Positions 25,171 to 36,800 of a stretch of 64,000 nt of DNA are shown piece after piece. Location of the stretch: contig JAUCBJ010004194.1 of assembly GCA_032718475.1 (NCBI GenBank), forward strand, positions 1-64,000, given 5' to 3'. Under the pieces are notes generated by a model. The model searched no databases. It was not told the DNA's origin and worked only from the letters and a program-made list of their open reading frames with translations. Numbering within the stretch: the first letter of the stretch is position 1; the number at the start of each line of letters is the position of its first letter. A program made the position numbers and the translations under genes. This DNA is from Nemertoderma westbladi (Eukaryota > Animalia > Xenacoelomorpha).

Positions 25171-27104
25171 ATCATCTTGGTTCTAATTTCTCTCCAACGC
25201 GTAGTTGAACAAATTTAGGGCTATTTTAGAGTATTCTGCGTATTGTGTAAAAATGACTTGTTATGTCCGCAAAAGCTTTTACACAGTTCTTTATTTAGTT
25301 TATTGTATGCTTTCTTTGTCATACTTTGCTCATTCTCTATGATGCACTATGATGCAAATGCATGATTGAATAAACTAAATTGCCCCTAGGAGATTGTTGA
25401 TGTGTGATGTTTTAGTGTTCATAATTGTATTGTGTTTTAGATGTTCATCCACGGTGCACTTTTTCAATCTCTTACCTCAAGATTAAAATAGCTGTTGCTC
25501 CTGGCAGCAGCGTAGTAATTCAAAAAGTAATTCAGTAATTCACTTAAGCTCTCTGTTTCAGTTGAACAACCCAATGAAACACACTGGGTTGGTGACCTGA
25601 ATGGTTTAATAAAATGAAAAATCTTCTATCTTATGCTAATCAGCTTCTACATTCCGATCTTAGGGAACTCCACTGTGCCTTTCAATCATCAAATTATTTC
25701 CTATTATCATTGCTGAGATTGTCAGTCATTGAATTCTTTGTTGCAAAGTGTGATATTTGAGGCAGTTCTGACGGAAATAGGTGTACGCACCTATTTCCCT
25801 ATAAATAGGGATGCACTCCATCACCCATGTAGGGAGGTGGGCTGTTTCAGTGATTCCGGGTGCAATATGGATATTAGAGGAGAAAGCAACTGCGTAATGC
25901 ATAAAAGAGGTCCACAGTCCCAATCGTTGTCATTTGATTGGCTAGGGAATGGGCGGACATAGTGATTCGCTATTGTCCATGGTGCAGGATCATGCTCACT
26001 GGAATTTATAGTGGTAATTAAGTTGAGTAGCTTGCATATCTAATGTGATGGGACTGGTGTCACTTTATTTTGTGATAGACTGCAAACCGAGAATAAACTT
26101 TATTTCACGGTATCTGCAACTAACAGGTAGAATGAATTGAGTATAGTAGCCATCATTTGTGTTGAATTGATTAGTCACAATGATTAGTTATGTACATGAC
26201 AGTACTACCAACATCATATGATTGAGTCTGATGCAGCTTTGTGTATAGTGCAGAATCGATACAGATAATGGAATGGCTCCAGCCATATGTATCTCTAGGA
26301 GAGAGAAATGAGTCAATGATTAGGATGGAGAAAACATATGTTCATTTGAAGAAATTCCAATCTGGATCAGAGGGTTTTAAGTTCCTTTGGATGGCGTAGT
26401 GGTTGCTGCAATGACCACAATACAGTACTGTACCATTCACACTGAAATGATACAGTCTATAACAACTATAGCCTTGGATTTTTTGCCATTTGTGGAAAGT
26501 GTAAAAGATCAACGGATTGTGGGCTGAAATACTCATATGTTTCCTACCACAGACAAAAATATGTTATAAATTCACAACTTAAATTAACAATTATTGAACA
26601 AATTAACACTCACACACCTCAGTTGATTTCTGTCAATAATTAATGTTAATGCTCAATATAGCAGCACACGCAGGGAATATGTAATACATTAAATAATTTA
26701 TATTCAACATTATGAGTTTAAGGTAGAACGTAATAAGTGTAGGGGGATGGAAGGAGAACTACCTGCGATGTTGCTATGGGGAAGGTGCTACAACAATTTA
26801 AATTATTTATATGTAATTATATTATATGTTAGTTTAAGGTAGAAGAAAGTATAAATAAATCGTTGTCTGAGAAACCGTTGAGTTGTTTCTATGGAGAACG
26901 TTCGCAGTCATTGAATTAATTATATGTAACATAGCGAATTGAATGTAAGAAGTATGGGGAAATAATCTGAATGGCTGCGTTGTTATGGAGAACTTTTTCT
27001 CTCCAATCAGCAAATAATTATGCCCTGCCCGTATAATACAAGTTATAATACAATATTCAAAATACAAGCAATCACTAGGTAACAGCTAAATTGAACATTT
27101 TTGT

Positions 27105-27400
27105 AAATTCATTTGTGGGCTGAGTCACGAATGTAAGCGAGTTTAGTATATGAGTACCACTAACTCAATCAGTGTGTCTATTGTTCTGTTGTTCTGTAGT
27201 TCTGTTGTTCTGTTATGTTCAATTTTAAACGTTAGCCAAATGACTCAGCCAAATGTTAATGAAATCTATCCAAATTTGGTACACATGTAGTCTGGTAAAA
27301 GTTTAAAAATTTTCCGTTCCAGTTGAATTTCCGTGCGGCCTGTAGTCTGGTAAAAGTTTAAAAATTTTCCGTTCCAGTTGAATTTCCGTGCGGCCTTCGA
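27105..27400 (+). mobile_element. Helentron/DINE-like non-autonomous element fragment
   Basis: Short IR gctgagtca / tgactcagc flanking a (CTGTT)n microsatellite, then ccaaatttggtacacatgtag; 55-bp tandem duplication at ~27286-27396. Confidence 0.5.
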
Positions 27401-27857
27401 GAAGCTAAGATAAAAGCAGTTAATTAGTTAATTAAATTGATTACGGTAAAAACAGCATTTTCAACCTGCTTCTTAAAGGATATTAATTATTTTCTAGTGT
27501 AAGATTTAAATAATTATACTTAACAATTATACAACTGGGAACCAGTCCAACCACACATTGGGGGCTTTTCCCTCTTTTTGATTTACTGGTGTTTGGTTAA
27601 ATTTCTTAAATTCCCAAGTTTGTAATACGGTAGAATCGCTCAATATTAATCTGTATCTCATAACTGAGCCTCGTGCTGCGCGAAGTCCCCACGAACGTGT
27701 TAAATTGAACCACCACAGCTAAAAGTATGGCTCCTCTCTCGTGGCAATTACTTGTTGTAAGGAACGGATGGTGCCTCTTTAATTGCCAGTTTTTATACAG
27801 TTTGCATGCAGAGACAGCATATGCAACATATGCGAGTGACAATTACTTTGACTAAAA

Positions 27858-28102
27858 AGTGGGCACGCTAAGCTAATTGGGCACGCTAAGCTAAGTGGGC
27901 ACGCTAATCTAAGTGGGCACGCTAATCAAAGTGGGCACGCTAATCTAATTGGGCACGCTAAGCTAAGTGGGCACGCTAATCTAAGTGGGCACGCTAATCT
28001 AAGTGGGCACGCTAAGCTAAGTGGGCACGCTAAGCTAATTGGGCACGCTAAGCTAAGTGGGCACGCTAAGCTAAGTGGGCACGCTAAGCTAAGTGGGCAT
28101 GC
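27858..28102. repeat. 18-bp minisatellite (gtgggcacgctaagctaa), ~13 copies
   Basis: Directly visible tandem array without unique spacers. Confidence 0.95.
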
Positions 28103-28577
28103 TACCGCTTTTACAACGCAATCACACCATTCGAGAATGTAGGCTCAAATTTGGAAACATTAAAGTTGCGTCATTGTTTTATAAAACAACGAGCTTTATG
28201 TCGTTAGATATACGATAATTTCTCATTGCTTGTAAGGACTTGGCATGTAAGGATTCCAAATATGTAATAAAATGTCGTTGTAAAATAACTGAGATATTGG
28301 CAATCGTGCTAAACGAATACTGAACAACACCCACAACACCCCCACCCCCAACCCCCCGACTAACATAAATTAGCACAGAAATACCATAGACATATATTAC
28401 AGACACAGACACATAGACATATATATTATGATCATTTATTATTAATAAGAAAATAATTTAAAACATATTATAATAAACAGTCAGTAAATATGGAAAAAAT
28501 GTGTTAAACTATAGCAAATGGATAAGCAAATGGAGCTAGAAAATAAATTTGTCACCATGTCATATAAACAATAGGAT

Positions 28578-28863
28578 ATGTATGCAACGTTGGTAAGGCT
28601 TACCACCTTCATGTTGGCCAATGTGGTAGGCTTATCGCTCGGTGGTCTTTACATCAACAATTTCTGCACTAACCAAACCCAACTTGGTATATCTACTAAA
28701 GCCACATCTTCCAACCAATGCAGCATTGAATGTGGGCGGAACGATCAATGCTGGTCTTTCAACGTCACTGACAGATGCGAAATATATGAAGAGGATTGTC
28801 TGGCAGATATGGTCAGCTGGGATGTTGAAACTCTGGGGAGACGTTGGATCAGCAAGGAAAAAG
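28578..28863 (+). CDS. Exon 1 of a secreted PAN/EGF protein: signal peptide + PAN/apple-like domain
   Basis: Hydrophobic N-terminus, then C...CSIECGRNDQCWSFNVTDRCEIY; phase-1 donor G|gttaaa at 28864. Confidence 0.75.
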
Positions 28864-28962
28864 GTTAAATTAAATATTTAATCTGAATATTAAAAAAATA
28901 TAATATTTTGTTGTCCTAATGCATTCTGCATAAATGCATGGTGTAATATTATATACGATATA

Positions 28963-29410
28963 TTATATTATATTACTGAATATATACGTATAGTATATCT
29001 GTAGTTTCTCTAAGAGTACTAGGCCCAATAACGAAATAAAACAGTTTTCAGTTTCGAATTTAAAAATTGTCAATGTAGTGGCTGATCGCACGTCATAAGG
29101 TAGTGAGTTCCAAACACGTGGCCCGGCAATGGAGAAGGCGTGCCTTCCATAGTTATCTAGCGAGTACCAAGGGATCACCAAAAGATTACCAGCACTCGAA
29201 CGTAATTCTCTACCGGGTGTGTATGGCGTCAATAAGTCGCTGAGATAATGCGATGCCAAGCCATTCAGACTCTTATAGCACAACATTGCCAGTTTAAATT
29301 CCACCCTTCTATTAATAGGGAGCCAATGAAGTCGTTTTAGAACGGGAGTTATGTGTTCTCGCTTCTTGACACTTTCTAATAGTCGCACAGCAGAGTTTTG
29401 TACAGTACAT
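28963..29410 (-). mobile_element. L2/CR1 LINE 3' fragment
   Basis: QNSAVRL...HITPVLKRLHWLPI...LRS...AFSIAGPRVWNSLP. Confidence 0.85.
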
Positions 29411-29419
29411 ATTGCAACT

Positions 29420-30180
29420 TCTTCATATTTTTGGCAGGCAATCCATAATAAAAAGTTATTATTATCCAATTAACTTGTTATAAAAATTGTTGCAGATTGT
29501 ACTGTAGATGGCTTTCCTCTGGAGTATAGTCAGCGGAGATGTATAATTTATTATAATGAAGGAGACTGAAGGAGAACTGTTCGTTTTTGCTGAGGAAGAG
29601 TAACAAGTTCTTGGATAGGGCGATTAAGGTTTGCAGTATTATTATTGTTCCTTGATTTGGCTTTTTTCGCATATGATGCACGAGTCCACATTCCCTCATT
29701 ATCTGACTCAGAAGTAAATATTACATCAGTCGTTGTAGTACGCCTATTGGATAAATTAGATTCAATCCCATTGAATTTTAATTGTATTTCCTCGTCCTTT
29801 GTGTCTCTTTCAATTCGTAATTCCTTCAAGCTGGTGAAATTCACTTAACTATAATCTTTCAAATTCTGCTCAAAATCAAATGATTTAGTGGCTAGACCAT
29901 CCAACTGTTGGATGATATCCCATATCGTTTCATCAACCCGCGATTCAATAATATCCATGTCCTTCCCAGCTCGGGTTAGGCGGAGGCCAATGCATCTCCC
30001 GCAGTAGAAATCAACTCGTCCAAAGTCTGTACCCCATTTGGCAAGGCAGATCATCGAAGTATCACAATGGGCGCCAGAGCAACGGACTTTGATTTCCGTT
30101 AAACCATCATCCCGAGAAGTTGGTGAGCCAGGGGTAGGTGGAATAGAAGAGCACGCTGACATAGCTGACAATTTCCTCGA
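29420..30180 (-). mobile_element. LINE ORF1-like remnant (Cys-rich PHD-like start, coiled coil, SYAKKAK)
   Basis: RCSGAHCD...FYCGRC, heptad-like region and ASYAKKAK; interrupted by stops. Confidence 0.45.
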
Positions 30181-30319
30181 ATATATATTTATATTCGATT
30201 TCCTATTATATTATATTATATACGATATAGAATATATAATATAATAAAGAATATATATAATATATAATATATAATAGAATATATACGATATTCTATTATT
30301 TATATATAAATATTATCAT

Positions 30320-30900
30320 CCCATCATCATTATGATGATCTAAGAACATGCGTAGAACCTGGATAACTCTCCATAACACTTCGAATGGATCTGTGTCACC
30401 ATCAACAGTAGACACAAAAATGTTGTTGAACCATTGTATACTAATATGATTGCTGCAATAATTTCATCAGGAACCTATATAATGAAAGTATGCTGAACAA
30501 ACGTGAGCGAGAGACTGAATCAAAGGCTTTGAAGAAGTCAACAAAGATAACAGCCAGGGAGCAGTCTCTCAATGGGATCCTTGATGCGATTTAATAGAAT
30601 TATATTGTATAGCTTTGCAGCAATCGAGATCAATGAGATTCCTGGAAAAGATCCATAGTGTTAGGTTGCCCTTCTAGGGAACTGATACCAACTTATTTGT
30701 TTTCATTTCTTGTGGGACTCTCATCATACTGCTAAGATGGGGGAAAAAGAGCTCCAAAAACTCTGATATTTTAAAGACCCCTGGGAGAACACAATCTACT
30801 GCACTAGCACGATTTGTCGTAATGTTCTTTGCAGTAGCCTTCACATCAACAAAGGAGATATCGCCAATTCGACTATCTTGTAGTACAGACTCGGACACTT
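30320..30900 (-). mobile_element. RTE LINE fragment
   Basis: Homologous to 42100-42830 (VPQEMKTNKLVSVP.KGNL, VDFFKAFDSV). Confidence 0.75.
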
Positions 30901-31567
30901 TCACAGAAGTCATCCATATGCCGAAGCATACCATCCTTTTCGAACTTATGTTCATATAGTCAGACTTTTCCTGAGAACTTACAAGGTAAAACAAGGTAAA
31001 CTGTCAAACCTTTGGAGTTCTTGGAGTTAACAACAAGACAAACAATAGAAGCTCCCTGTTCGAATGACCTGTGGAGAGTTTGGACTCACTCTAGTGATTC
31101 TGAGATGGTGTCATCTGAGTCAAAGTCAGCAAAGTCTAAATAAGCTAGGTGCTTGGCTGGATTGCCTCAGATTTCCTGTGGCTGCAATAAATTGCTCAAA
31201 AATCTCATATATTGTTATTGCTCTTTACCTGAATCAAAGGAGACTGAATTAAATCAATAAAGAAAATTGCCAGATATAGGTATTTTTTCTTGACAACTCT
31301 TAAATTATCCTTATAAGAGCCAGAATGGGCTCCATGGTTAATTTAACTAACAAAAAATGTAGGATGTTTATTTTGTGAAGGTAATTATTAATGAAAATAC
31401 AAAATATACAAACTAATTTATAGGAAATGAAATGTTAAAAGATATGTATAATAATATTATTTAGAAAGAATGATATAAAAATTTACAATAAACTTTAATA
31501 ATATTATTATAAAAATTAACAGTTAAAGTAATTTAAATTCAATAGCAACCGTAAGGTAGTTTCTCAA

Positions 31568-31700
31568 TCTATAGCAAATCAATCGGAAAGATGCAGGAGC
31601 CTCTGTGGTGTATGGTCAGCATACCTGTACGTTTATCGGGAGACGCAGGTTCGATCCCCACTGGTGGCGAATTCATTTTTTCCGCTCCATTTGCTATAGA
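31568..31700 (+). mobile_element. tRNA-like sequence enclosed by short inverted repeats (SINE/MITE)
   Basis: tctatagcaaat ... atttgctataga flanking gtggtgtatggtcagc (A-box-like) and ggttcgatccc (B-box). Confidence 0.55.
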
Positions 31701-31807
31701 GTTGGATCATACTAAGTCCTGTTTAAATTACTTAATAATTTATACAATGTATGGATGTTAAAACATATAAACAATAAAATTAAAAGTTGTATCATCATTC
31801 CTTCTAG

Positions 31808-32092
31808 TACCATGGGCTGGCTCATTTACCTCACCATGTCACGCTAACTACATCGGAGAGGTTTCTCTAATGAAACAGAACGACATTGGCAATTATAGAA
31901 AATGCATGGAAGGATGTGGCAGAATTACACAATGTACTGCTGCTGTGTGGGCCTGGGACGACGAAAATCGAACTGCAAAATTATGTTTGTTCGAAAATCC
32001 AAGTGCTTCAGACACAAAACTGAGCAACATCATAGATGCACATGGAGATAATGTGGCATTCTTTGACAAGATTGACAATATCGAATTTAAAT
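31808..32092 (+). CDS. Exon 2 of the PAN/EGF protein: second PAN/apple-like domain
   Basis: Acceptor ttctag|, in frame with exon 1 (phase 1); C...CMEGCGRITQCTAAVW...C; donor |gtaagt. Confidence 0.8.
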
Positions 32093-32211
32093 GTAAGTTG
32101 GTTTTACAAATTATTCATAATCTTTCAAATTTTCTCAAAATTCGACTGAATAATTTTCTCATTATTCGATTGAATAATTGAAGATTAACAGCCTATTATT
32201 ATATTATTCAG

Positions 32212-32343
32212 GCCCAGTAGAGGATCCCTGCCTTGTTTGCCCAATCGGTATAGAATACGACGATTGTGAGATAACAAGAGGAATGGTTACCGAATGCAGA
32301 TGTGCTGATGGATACGCTCTTGATGAATGTGGTACCTGTACTG
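32212..32343 (+). CDS. Exon 3: EGF-like domain
   Basis: Acceptor ttcag|; CPVEDPCLVCPIGIEYDDCEITRGMVTECRCADGYALDECGTCT; phase-1 donor |gttaga. Not in the ORF track. Confidence 0.8.
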
Positions 32344-32745
32344 GTTAGATAATTGAATGACGTACTTCTCCAATTTTATTTATTTATTTTCTAAAAACAT
32401 ATTCGCATTGCCTATGGAGATTAATGATTAAAGCCTGAAAAAAATCACGATTTTAGCGCCCCAGCCCAGAACGCAAAGGCATAGCTAGAAGTCATAATAA
32501 ATTAATATAGTGTAGTGATGCAAGTTGTCAGCGGACAGCGACAAGCAGGTGTTTCATCTCTAATAGCTAGAAGTAGAAGTTTGTTCCTCCTACTGGGAAA
32601 TTTTCAGTAGGGAAGTGTGACAGTTGTAAAACTGCCTGCGGATGGGGTAGTGCTGAGTAATGCATTCACTCTGATGTTTAGTATAAATATGTTTAACTGT
32701 GGAATTACTTTTAACTGTGGAACTGCGGAATGGCATTAGTTATAT

Positions 32746-33320
32746 TTAACCCTATTAAACCCGGGGGGGTCAATATGACCACCACGTGGTTTTTTTTCGG
32801 AAGTTGGTGAAAATTTGGTGCCAGCACCAAATTTTGAAAACCATCAAATAAATCAATTGATTGTGTCACCTTGTTTCTTGCATTATACGAGTTTATGGGG
32901 GTCCTGAATCTGATGGCATCAAGAAAAACCGCACCGGACATCTCAAACTTGTACTTTTCGGTAATGGGTACGAAATTTGGTGCTAGCACCAAAATTGGCC
33001 ATATTACGCCGAAAAATACGATTAGCAATGATCTGGCAAATTAGAAATGTATTCCATTAAAATAAGCGCCCCAGAAAACTTAAAAATGTGAATTTATAGC
33101 ATCGTATAAGTGAATTTAAAAATTTTGTGTTTAAACTGAAAAGTGCTGGTTACTTATTTTTTTTTCATTTTTTGCCTACATAACAGGAAATAAAACAGCT
33201 ATTTATACTAATCAGATTATTTTTAAATATTTTTCAATGGATTTTACGCAACAGAAAACCTGTATTGAAAACAAATTATCCGAAAATTGTAACTTTCAAA
33301 TTTTATGAAAATTGTTCACT
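32746..33320. mobile_element. Non-autonomous DNA transposon fragment
   Basis: Starts ttaaccctattaaacccgggggggtc; internal palindromic aaatttggtgc.agcaccaaa motifs repeated; the right end was not identified. Confidence 0.45.
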
Positions 33321-33598
33321 ATATATATTGTTATTGTTATATTATTATTGTTATATAATAATCTCTTATTATTATTATTATTAAACTCTTTATAATATTA
33401 TTTTATTTATTGAGTTACATTAAAGCAAAACTAAATTACAAGAAACCGGTTAACTACATAATATTGTACAAAGTTCGTATATAGAGGAGCTAAAATTCGC
33501 AAAACATCAAATTCTCTCTCAGAGTAAGAAATACTCTAATACGAACAGACGGTCAATCATCCATCTAATGTTATATAAGTAATCTCAAGTCTCCAAGG

Positions 33599-33787
33599 TT
33601 ACAGTTTTGTACTATCGAGTGTGCTATGCCTCGTCATTTCCGAATTGTAATTGACAGTTCTTTGATTGATAAAAGCCAAGCGCTGTTGGTTACCCCGGCA
33701 ACAACCGCGACGAAAGTCCCGACGAAATTGTTGTGACATAATATTATATAATATTGGGTTCACTGCTGAGTTGAGATAAATTAACAC
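33599..33787 (-). other. Class-A (peptide-receptor-like) GPCR terminal exon: TM7, helix 8 and C-tail, immediately 3' of the CRE ORF
   Basis: VLIYLNSAVNPILYNIMSQQFRRDFRRGCC (NPxxY, helix-8 FR, palmitoylation-type CC); preceded by acceptor-like ttctcatag; no other GPCR exons recognised in the window. Confidence 0.8.
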
Positions 33788-33805
33788 CTATGAGAATTCC
33801 TGGAT

Positions 33806-36800
33806 TCAGAGTAGGAATACCTCATCAAGGCCCGCCTGGTGGGGGGTGGTACCTAGGACAGATGTCGCATTCCCTCTGACCACTGCAATTGAGAGCCGCT
33901 GGAAAAGGAATTCTGTGGACCTAGGTTCACCTGTTTCCTTGGCGATTCTCCGCCCTATCTCCCGCAGTACTGCGGTGCCTTCTGCACCGATTGGGCCTAA
34001 GGTCTCTAAGGCAATAGTGCGGAATAAGTGGTGGTGCTGGAGCGCAGCATACTTATTTCCTTTACTGGTCTCTGCCATTAAAGCGGCTGCACCTGCAGAT
34101 TTACTTGTCTCGGGTAGATAGGAAGGAGCGAGGGTGTCCCTGCAAGTAAAGTCCCAAACGAGTGGGCGGCCTGAGGACCAAGGGGCAAAGGTCAAACCGT
34201 CTGGTTTCTTGCCATCTTGTGAAAGTCCTCGAGGCTCCAAGGTGGAGGCAATGCCGGCTGATGAGAGTGCACGGTGAATGATGTCATTGGCCTCTGCATG
34301 ACGGGTGTATTTCCCATAATTGTGTAAGCAGCTGAGGCCATGACTTCCACTTGTGTCGACTTCCAACCCGCAACCCCTGCAGGAATGCTCCTCGCAGATA
34401 GGTGTACCCAAGCGGAGAGCTGCTCCCACCCGCAGCTGCTCATCACTGAGGCGAAGGCCTAGGGATGATACCGGCAGTGCCCTTAGCCAGTCCCCGGCGT
34501 GGTCTGCGGCGGCAGCTAGGAGACGAGCCTTCTCTTTTGCTGATGAGGCTTTGATGATCAGTTCATCCTGTCGTGATGAGCACAGCGGGGCATCCCATCC
34601 TTTCTGAATGGCTTGATTGATTGGTTCAGGAAAATCGGTAGGTAGTAGTTGCTTTGCAGCTATTAGGAGTGGGTTGGGGATGCTGGAAATGGAACTGGGT
34701 AGTAGGGTGTTAAGCAGTGGGATGCACCCATGGCTGGAAGCCAGGAAAGCTGGTAAAGCTATGTCGGATGTGCTTCTAACCCCCAGTCCGCCCAAAGATA
34801 TTGGAAGGGAAGCCTGGGCCCAAGCATCACCCCCAATCCTAGTGTTGAGCACAATTTGGCAGCACTGCCGAATCTTATCATCTAGAGACTTCAATCGAGG
34901 CGATCCAAAGGCGGGTGAACACCACAGCACATACATCAACTTCGGAATGGCAAAGCAATGTCTGAGTAGGTATAGGGCGTCATGCGCCGATAGAAGGTGG
35001 AGGCGGTCGGCGAACCTAGAGAGGTCTGATTCCTTCTCTTCAAGGATCTTCTCCATGGCTGAATCTCCTAGGGGTGATCCAAGCAACAGCGCATCAGAAA
35101 AATCGATTGGTTTAATGCTTGGTGTGATGGCATCAAACAGAGCTGTTGTCTCTTCTTTCAGTTCTAAGGGAAAGTGCTTGCCAAAGATTAACTCACACTT
35201 GGATGCCTTGACCATAAGCCCTAACTTTGCTGCCTCGGCTATGACCCTCTTCAGGTCAGAAGCAACAACAGATGGTGTTCCACCCAAGGAACCGTCATCC
35301 AGGAACCACACGTTGAGAGGAGATTCCATGCTATCGACAAGTTCAATTGTGTCGTTGCTGAAGAATAGAGAGGCTAGTGGGTCTCCCTGTTGCATACCAT
35401 CGTCAGAGGCAATTGTTGTCCCATTGTAGAATAGGAGAGAGGGTTGCGAATATGACTGATATGCCAGGTTGTATAGTGGTGGGAGGTTCTTTAGCACTGC
35501 CCTCAAGGCTGGTCCGCGGTGAATACTGTTGAAGGCATTTGAGAAATCAATTTTGATCATGACTGTCTCTCTCTCTATTGACTCACTGAGGAAACGCCTG
35601 GCTGCATGTACTGCTGCTTCTGCACCCTGGGGGGTCCCGAACCCTAGCTGATGGGGTCCTAGCTTTAAACCGGAATGCTTTGCCGCTGAATGGCAGCCTG
35701 TTTTGGCGGTAAGTCGACGCAGAGTGCACCCCACGGCTATGGGGCGAACTCCACCTGCTGGTTTAGTGAAAGCACAAAGCCTGGCGCCATAGAGGTAAGG
35801 GAGAACTTCCTGGGGCACTCCTCCCTTTAGCATGATATTAGCTACCGATGTCATAGCCTTGAGGGAAGCCAGGGCAGCATCCCCCGCTGATGATGAGATC
35901 ATGTCCTTGAGGAACTGAGGATGGCAGTTGTCGGGACCTGGTGCCGAGCCATTGGGGAATAGCTTGATTGATTTTAGAACCTCTGGGTAAGATAGCTCGA
36001 GGGTCGGGACATCTGCTTCCTCTAATGACGGTACTCCGTGGAAGTCATCTGATGGGCGTGTAGGATGAAGGAGTCGGAGGGCTTCAAGGGTCTCTGAGGT
36101 GGCTGGGGCTATAGTGGCTGATGAGGATGCTAGTCGTGCAGCTGCTTTCACATTTCCTTCTTCTATCTTAGAGGCTATCAATTTCCCTAGCATGTCATCC
36201 GAGGATTGTTGAGTCTTGGGCTTCAGATGGGATGGAAGGCTAGTCGTAGGCAGTACTAGTAATTCTTTGGTGTTCTTGACCATCTCTTCAAATTCCAACA
36301 GTTGGTCCTTTACCTTGGCTGTGAGTGATTTGCAGGCTGGACCGATAGCCCTCCGGCCACGTCTGGACCTTGATCCCTGGGAGGGTACTCTGAGAGAGAA
36401 TGGAAAGGCCAGCAGGTTTAACCAGTTTGACTGACTGTTGTTGAGGTCGATGGCATCACAGAGACTACTGTAAAGTGTGGCTGCTTTTAGTCTTGCACCC
36501 CTGGGGATACGAGTCAGGGTTCTGATCCTAGTGAGGGTTTCGAATGCACTGCTAAGTGAATCTGATATGGCGCTCTGGCTGGCTACCACAGGAGCAGGGG
36601 ATGGAGTGTCATTGGTAAACGGTTGGGACAGTAGTCCGGGTGACCCTTGAGACATGGCTGGCTGATTAGAGTGTAAGTCGGGTGGAATTGCAGCTTCAGC
36701 AGGAGCGGAGGAACCGGTGGCTGGAAATGTAATGATGGAACCTGACCCAGGACAAGAGGTGCCTTCAGTGGATCTGTGTTTGCGCAGCCCTCCCTTGGGG

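Noticed and set aside
27858-28102. Possible CRISPR-like array (also 45094-45297 and 47110-47877)
   Set aside because: Head-to-tail repeats with no unique spacers, no cas genes and a eukaryotic context.
31598-31672. Functional tRNA gene (also 15670-15735 and 19690-19748)
   Set aside because: A/B boxes are present but the acceptor and anticodon stems pair poorly, and the sequences sit inside repeats; treated as SINE/MITE-derived.
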